Below, one piece after another: positions 40,772 to 46,113 of a stretch of 46,113 nt of DNA. The number at the start of each line of letters is the position of its first letter. The stretch's first letter is position 1. The DNA lies in contig JWZX01003247.1 of NCBI GenBank assembly GCA_001275005.1, positions 1 through 46,113 on the forward strand. The letters run 5' to 3'. The stretch comes from Chrysochromulina tobinii (Eukaryota). Under the pieces are notes generated by a model that saw only the letters and a list, made by a program, of their open reading frames with translations, was not told where the DNA came from and did no database searches. Made by a program: the position numbers and the translations under genes.

Positions 40772-43700
40772 TCACGCATGGTGGACGGCGGCCCCGCCCT
40801 GCTGTATCAGCAGCATGCACCATTCAGTGTGGAATGTGGAGGGAAGGTGCGAGACGAGTTCGGCCGCCATCGGCACGAGCGCCGGCGGCTTGGTGCTCAT
40901 GAAGAGCGTGTGTAGCGCTCGCAAGCCGGACAGCGCCGCAGCGCGCTGCTCGGCCGTCGACGAGCTTCGATGGGCGCCTAGCCGGACGGCGTCGAGATGG
41001 GCGCGTGCCTCGCGCTTGAATTGGGCATACAGCACGTCATCGCCGAGCCGCGCCTTGATTTGCATCATTAAGTGCTTGCCTCGCTCATGCGCGCCGTCGT
41101 GGGCCACACGCTCCCGCGCACCGCTACCAGCACCGCCGCCGCCACCGCCCTCGGGTTTTGGTGCCCTCGCGTCGTCGTCGTCGCCGGCGTCGGCGGTGCC
41201 GCACCTCTCCGCCGTCGCCGTCCTTGGGCGCTTTGACTCCGGGGGATGGGCGGCCGCGGAGGCTGCTGCGGTTGCGGGCCGTTTGGGAGCAACGGCAGAG
41301 GCGGCGGCCGAGGCGGCGGCCGAGGCATGCTCGGCAGGAGCAGAGCGATCGACAGGGCCTGGCTGCTTCGGCGTCGGGTGTGACGAACCTCGGTCTGCTG
41401 TTGACGAACCTCGGTCTGCTGTTGACGAACCTCGGTCTGATGTTGACGAACCTCGGTCTGCTGTTGACGAACCTCGGACGCCGTTCGAAGTTGCCCCTAC
41501 TCGCGCCGCTGATGCCGCTTGCAGCTGCCGAGAGCCACCAGTGAAAGCGGGCGAGGCACCGCTTCCGCTGGTGAGAGCAGCGCCGGCGCCGGCGCCGCTC
41601 GCACCACCGGCGCTCGCCGCCCCACCTGCCGCGGCCCCACCTGCCGCCGCCCCACCTGCCGCCGCCCCACCTGCCGCCGCCCCCGCTCTTGCCGCGCCCG
41701 ATCCCGTCGATGGCAGGGCGCTCAGCGGGGCGCGCGGCACAAAGCGAGCGCCTGGCGTGGTCGTGACTGGCGGCGGCGGCGCCGACGTCGCAGGTCCACC
41801 GCCGGCATGGCCCATCGCGCCGCCGGTGTGCACTCGCGAGGCGGCGGCGGCGGCGACAATTGCGGGCATAGACGCGGCCGCGGGGCGAACTTGAGGCACC
41901 GTGGGGTGAGGCGCGGAGCCGTACTGAGCACTTGCATGCAGGGCCGCGGGGCGAACTTGAGGCACCGTGGGCGGAGGTGCGGGCGGATAGCCAGGGCCAG
42001 ACCCGGGCCGGACAGATCTGGCCGGACCTGCCGCTAGACCCGTCGGCAGTCCTTGGCTGTGCGCCGCCGCCGCCGACGACGACGACTGCGTAGGTGCACC
42101 GTTGACGAACCCCTTCGTGCCTCCCGGCGCCAGCGCTGGTGGACCGGTAGGCCCTAAGAGTGCAGATGAGCCCCCTCTCGCCGCCGCCGCCGCCACCGCC
42201 GCTGCTGCTGCGTGCGACCCGGGGGCGGCTCGCTTGGTGGGCAGCGGCGCCGTAGCGGAGGCTGCCACCTGCAGCGCCATTAGCACCTGGCGCACGTGCG
42301 GCAGGTGCTTTGGGACGAAGCGCACGAATCTCGCGCGGAGCTCCTCTCGCCCCGGCATGCCGAAGAGAGATCGCATCTGGTGCTGCATCTCGTGGGGCAC
42401 CACCTCCATCGGAAGGCTGGCGCTGCCGTGAGCACCATGGTTGGCGCTGCCGTGGGCGCCATCGGACGGTTTCGGGAGCGCGAGAAGGGCACGTACGAGA
42501 GCCATGAAGCGAGCATACTCCTCGGCCGTGAGCAGGGTGCGCGCGAGGTTGAGCAGGTCTACAGCCGTCACTGGCGCAGCCGAGGAGCCAGCCGAAGTGC
42601 TCGCAGCTGCCGCCGCCGCTGCCTCCGCCGGCCTCGCAAGAAGCTGATGGCCACCACCGCCCCCCCCCGCCCCGCCGCCCACACGAATGCCACCACGTAC
42701 CGAGGTTTCCCCGGGGTGTAGGCGCCAGTCCTCACGTGGCGGTGCCCACGCCGCCCTTCGCTGCGCTGTCGTGGAGGCGGCAGCGGCGGCACTGCCGGCA
42801 GCGCCGGCGGCGGCGGCGGCGGCGAAGGAAGGGTCGGGTTCTTTCGTGTCACCGCCAGCCACGTCATCGATCATCGCTTGAGCGCCGCTGGGCTCGTCGG
42901 TGTAACGACCCTCGCCGCCACTGCTGACCGCAGCTGCCCAGGCTGCCTCGACGACAGCACCGCTCCTGCCAAGGCCGCCTCCGCCGAGCCCGACACGACC
43001 GGCGCCGCCACCCTCCTCCGCGTCCGCAGCCGCAGCGGCAGCAGCGGCGGCGGCTGAGGTGTACCGAGCACCCTTGCTACTACTACTGGCGAGTGCAGCG
43101 TGCAGCGAGGGCGTCGGTGCGGGTGGCGGCAAAGCGGGCAACGGCCGAGGTCCGAGCGGAGCGCATGGGGTGGCCGCATGGACGCTCTCGCCTTCTTCGA
43201 GCTCCACCGTCCCAACGTCCCCAGACGCGGTGGAGGCGAGCTCCGAGCGTAACTTGAAGAAGCGCTGCAAGGCAGGGTAGCCCTGCCCGAACGAGCTGAA
43301 CTGCTTCACGTGCGGACGCAGCCACAACGAGAGGCCGTCGACCCATGCGCTCTTTGCAAAACGAGACTCGCAAAGCATCACCGCGCCAAAGTCGTTGCGG
43401 TGTCGAATGACACGGCCGACCGCCTGGTTGACCGCACGCATCGCCTGTTGATGATACCATGCTTCCCCGGACAGCATGCCAGAGGCGCCCGAGCCGCCCA
43501 GCCCCGAGCTGCGTGCCGCGCCCGCGCGCCGCTGGTCGAGATACTGCCGCTTGAGCTCGACCTTGGCATCGAACGCAGGCGGAAGCGGCAGACCAGTGAT
43601 CACGACGCCACGGCACGCGCTGTCGGCAAAGTCGACGCCTTCGGACAGCTTGCCGCGGCACACAGCGAGCAGCATCGCGCCGCCCGTGCCACGGAAGAGC

Positions 43701-45843
43701 GAGGATTGGACGGCATCCTGGAAGGTCTGAACGGCCGCCGCGCATTCGGACGCGTCTCGCGGCTCGACGACGAGCGTCTTGAGCTTACGCAATCGCTCGA
43801 GCACCGAAGGGCCGCCGTCGGGTGATGCCAACGCCCACGCGGCGTGCGCTGACTGCATGGCCGAGTAGGAGGGGAAGAAGACGAGGACGCCCTGCGGCAC
43901 GAGGCGCGCGAAGTTGATGATCGCATTGCCCAGGTCGCGCTTCGCATCCTCGCTCTCGCGCTGAGCGTACGACGAGGTGAGCTCATGCCCCGAGGGCCCC
44001 TTGGTGAAGGTGCCGATGAGCAACTGCGCCTGCGGATCGATGACGTGCGGGTTCTCGAGCTTGTACTCAAAGGGCAAGCCCAGCTCATCAGCGAATGAAC
44101 CCAGGGGAGAGAGCGTACCCGAGGTAAGCAGCACGGAGCGCACGCCCGCCGCCTTGAGCGCGCGCATCGCCGCACCCGAATGGAAGCACCAGTAGCCGAG
44201 CACACGTGGCTTGGCGTCGAGCGTGCCCGCGGCCCGTGCCTTGCCCCCGGCGCCGCCCCCCTTGCCGCCCTCGCGCTCTTTCAACTCGTGGATGCAAAGC
44301 CGGTACTCTGCGGGCGAGCGCTCGGGGTCGAACGCAATCTTGAATGCGTCCGCGAGCTTCTGCAGATTGAAGGAGCTCCCCGCGGTCACGCCGAAGCGTG
44401 CTGCCTCACCCAGTGTGGTGACGCACCTGCATCCAAGGCGCGATCCGCAGCGAATCAGTGGTCAGCAAAGCCCGTCAGACGCGCTGGGCGAGCAGAGTGT
44501 CTCCACAGCCATCCACGCACCTCTCACAAAGTTCGACCAGAGGCGTGACCGTGACACCGTCGATGCCTGCCGCGCCGAGCATTCGACCGAGCTCCTCACC
44601 GGCCGCCACGTACCGAGCCTCCGCGCGCGTCTGCTGCAGCGGCACCTTGGCGACGCTCTCGTCCACCGCCAGCAGCAGCTGACGCAGCCGGACGAGCTCA
44701 TCAGGGCTCACGCCGCGCACGCCGCCGTTGGCATTCTCGAGACCGTCCACCTCCGGGTCGACCGCCTCGGAGTCATCGGCGCCGCGGTTCCGTGCGCCCG
44801 CGAGGAGCCGGTCGACCTCGCGCACCGCTCCCGCGAGCTCAAGCGAGCTCAGGTCGAACGAGGCGGCGTCGGCGCACACGCGCTCGATGTTATGCGCTTC
44901 GTCAAAGATGAGCACGTCGCTCGCCAGGTTGATGTTGAGCGCGCGCCGCACCTTCGAATCCAGCAGCAGGAAGGTGGCAATCAAAGGGACTCAGTGGCAG
45001 TCCACCAGGGCACTCAACGGAATTCAACGGCACTCAGCTGGAGCGCGCTGCACCTTCGGATCCAGCAGGTAGTTGTATGGGAGGAAGAGCACGTCCGAGC
45101 ACACCTGTGGGGAGTGTGGGGCGTCGTGATGAGCACTTGCATGCAGGGAAGAGGATGAGGAAGAGCACTTCCGAGCACACCTGCAGCTCCCGCGCGAGGT
45201 AAAATGGGCAGAGCTCGTCGCGCTTGGAGGAGCTCACGAAGTCCTCGATGTCGGGCACGGCGCGCACGCTCTCGTCGGCCGCCGCCTGCGGGTGCGCCAG
45301 CGAGCCGTGCTTGCGCTTCGCCTCCTGCAGCTTGCGATAGTAGACGCAAGACTGGGCTGCTGTCAGTGCCTGGCACGCGGCAGACTGCGACGGGCCAGTG
45401 AGCTTTGATACGTCCTGGTGGCAGCAGAGCTGCTCGCGTGAGCCGAGCATGCAGACGAGCGGCCGGTGCACCGTGCGACGCAGCTCGCGCACCACCTGCT
45501 GCAGCTGCGAGTGTGTGCGCGAAGCGTAGATGATCCTCGGCACGCGCCCGTCGCCGCCGCCGCCACCGCCGCCCGTCCCGAGGGTGGCCGACAAACCCGC
45601 GGCCCACGCTGCGCCTGCCGCGACGTTCGCCGACGCCGCACGCTGCCGCTGGATCTGCGCGCGCCGCCACCCAAGGGCCGCGCACAGCAAGCAGAGCGTC
45701 TTGCCAGTGCCAGTTGGGCTCTCAAGCAGTGCGTTGGAGCCGTGCTCGAGCGCGAGCACGACCTTTTCCATGTACACGAGCTGGACCGGGTAGGCCTCGA
45801 AGGGGAAGTCGACCGCGCATCCCGCGATGTCATACAATGGCAT
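40772..45843 (-). CDS. RTEL1: Regulator of telomere elongation helicase 1 (Fe-S DEAH helicase), about 1599 aa; exons 45843-45181, 45104-45054, 44951-44521, 44426-40772
   Basis: ESPTGTGKT, IIYASRTHSQL, Fe-S cysteines (LCC, AC, SC, LCPFY), PYNYLLD, DEAHN, LTSGTLSP, RGKLSEGVDF, QAVGRVIRHRNDFG, LSLWLRP; harmonin-homology-like helical segments in the tail favour RTEL1 over FANCJ. Spliced length 4800 nt. Confidence 0.9.
41381..41477. repeat. Coding 21-bp tandem repeat, about 4.6 copies (GSSTADR) in the RTEL1 tail
   Basis: tgacgaacctcggtctgctgt repeated, one variant unit. Confidence 0.95.
44427..44520 (-). other. GT-AG intron (94 bp, phase 2) in RTEL1
   Basis: AG|GTGCGTGG...ATGCAG|GTGCGTCA; restores LCER-CVTTL. 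Confidence 0.85.
44952..45053 (-). other. GT-AG intron (102 bp, phase 0) in RTEL1
   Basis: CCGAAG|GTGCAG...TTCGAAG|GTGCGG; contains an in-frame stop; restores LLDPK|VRRAL. Confidence 0.9.
45105..45180 (-). other. GT-AG intron (76 bp, phase 0) in RTEL1
   Basis: CAG|GTGTGCTCGGAAG...CCCCACAG|GTGTGCTCGGACG; restores RELQ|VCSDVLFLPYNY. Confidence 0.92.
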
Positions 45844-45919
45844 CGCAAGCGCGAGGCTCTCGCCACGATTTGTTTGTGCTCGACGCGCGAAAGTAGGTTC
45901 CTATGGGGTGCGGTGGGAA

Positions 45920-46100
45920 TAAAGTTAACTGTTAACGTTAAAGTTACCTAACACACGACAAAGTTACCTAACATTAACAAAAGCTGATCTTGCTTCCCGC
46001 TGGATGGCGTGTTCATAGTTAATGTTAATGTTCATGGTTAATGTTCCATGTTAATGTACAATTGTTCATGGTTATTTGTTCGTGTTCACGTTCCACGTCC
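45920..46100. promoter_or_regulatory. AT-rich upstream region of RTEL1 with reiterated GTTAA/GTTCA motifs
   Basis: aagttacctaaca twice (45941, 45961); gttaac, gttaat and gttcat reiterated; sharp GC drop directly upstream of the ATG at 45843. Confidence 0.4.
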
Positions 46101-46113
46101 AGCTGTCCACGTC

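Noticed and set aside
4067..45180. Classical TIR-type introner or MITE family
   Set aside because: No terminal inverted repeats, no constant duplication length and no full-length identity between introns in this window; kept instead as a different, unexplained mechanism.

Overview
GC-rich, gene-dense eukaryotic nuclear DNA, probably from a haptophyte alga of the Chrysochromulina type (inferred from composition, the repeat-filled short introns and the ALKVNAV-type LRR family; not verified by search). About 17 protein genes are supported: a 5'-truncated HET-like/LRR protein, an FKBP-TPR immunophilin, a CNBD-containing K+ channel, a very large multi-exon fusion (ALKBH6-like 2OG oxygenase, AAE3-like adenylation domain, carrier domain, LRR, alpha/beta-hydrolase), a CREST-like membrane protein, a nardilysin-like M16A peptidase, a divergent IQ-tailed kinesin, a 2OG oxygenase, an LpqC/PHB-depolymerase-like esterase, a fatty-acid hydroxylase, a PGP-repeat ciliary protein, an HMG-box-like membrane protein, a small Cys/His protein, a bestrophin, a beta-lactamase-like hydrolase and RTEL1. 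I rebuilt 14 spliceosomal introns by hand from reading-frame continuity. Two things stand out. (1) The introns look like products of one process: many sit between direct repeats of their own exon junction (up to 27 bp) and are filled with sense-strand tandem TGATTGC/TGAGTGC/CTGAT motifs. The same duplication-plus-filler structure also occurs in frame without a usable AG. (2) The NRPS-like oxygenase-A-T-LRR-hydrolase protein has an architecture I do not recognise. No rRNA, tRNA, CRISPR array or intact transposase was seen. All gene models are manual and lack transcript support.
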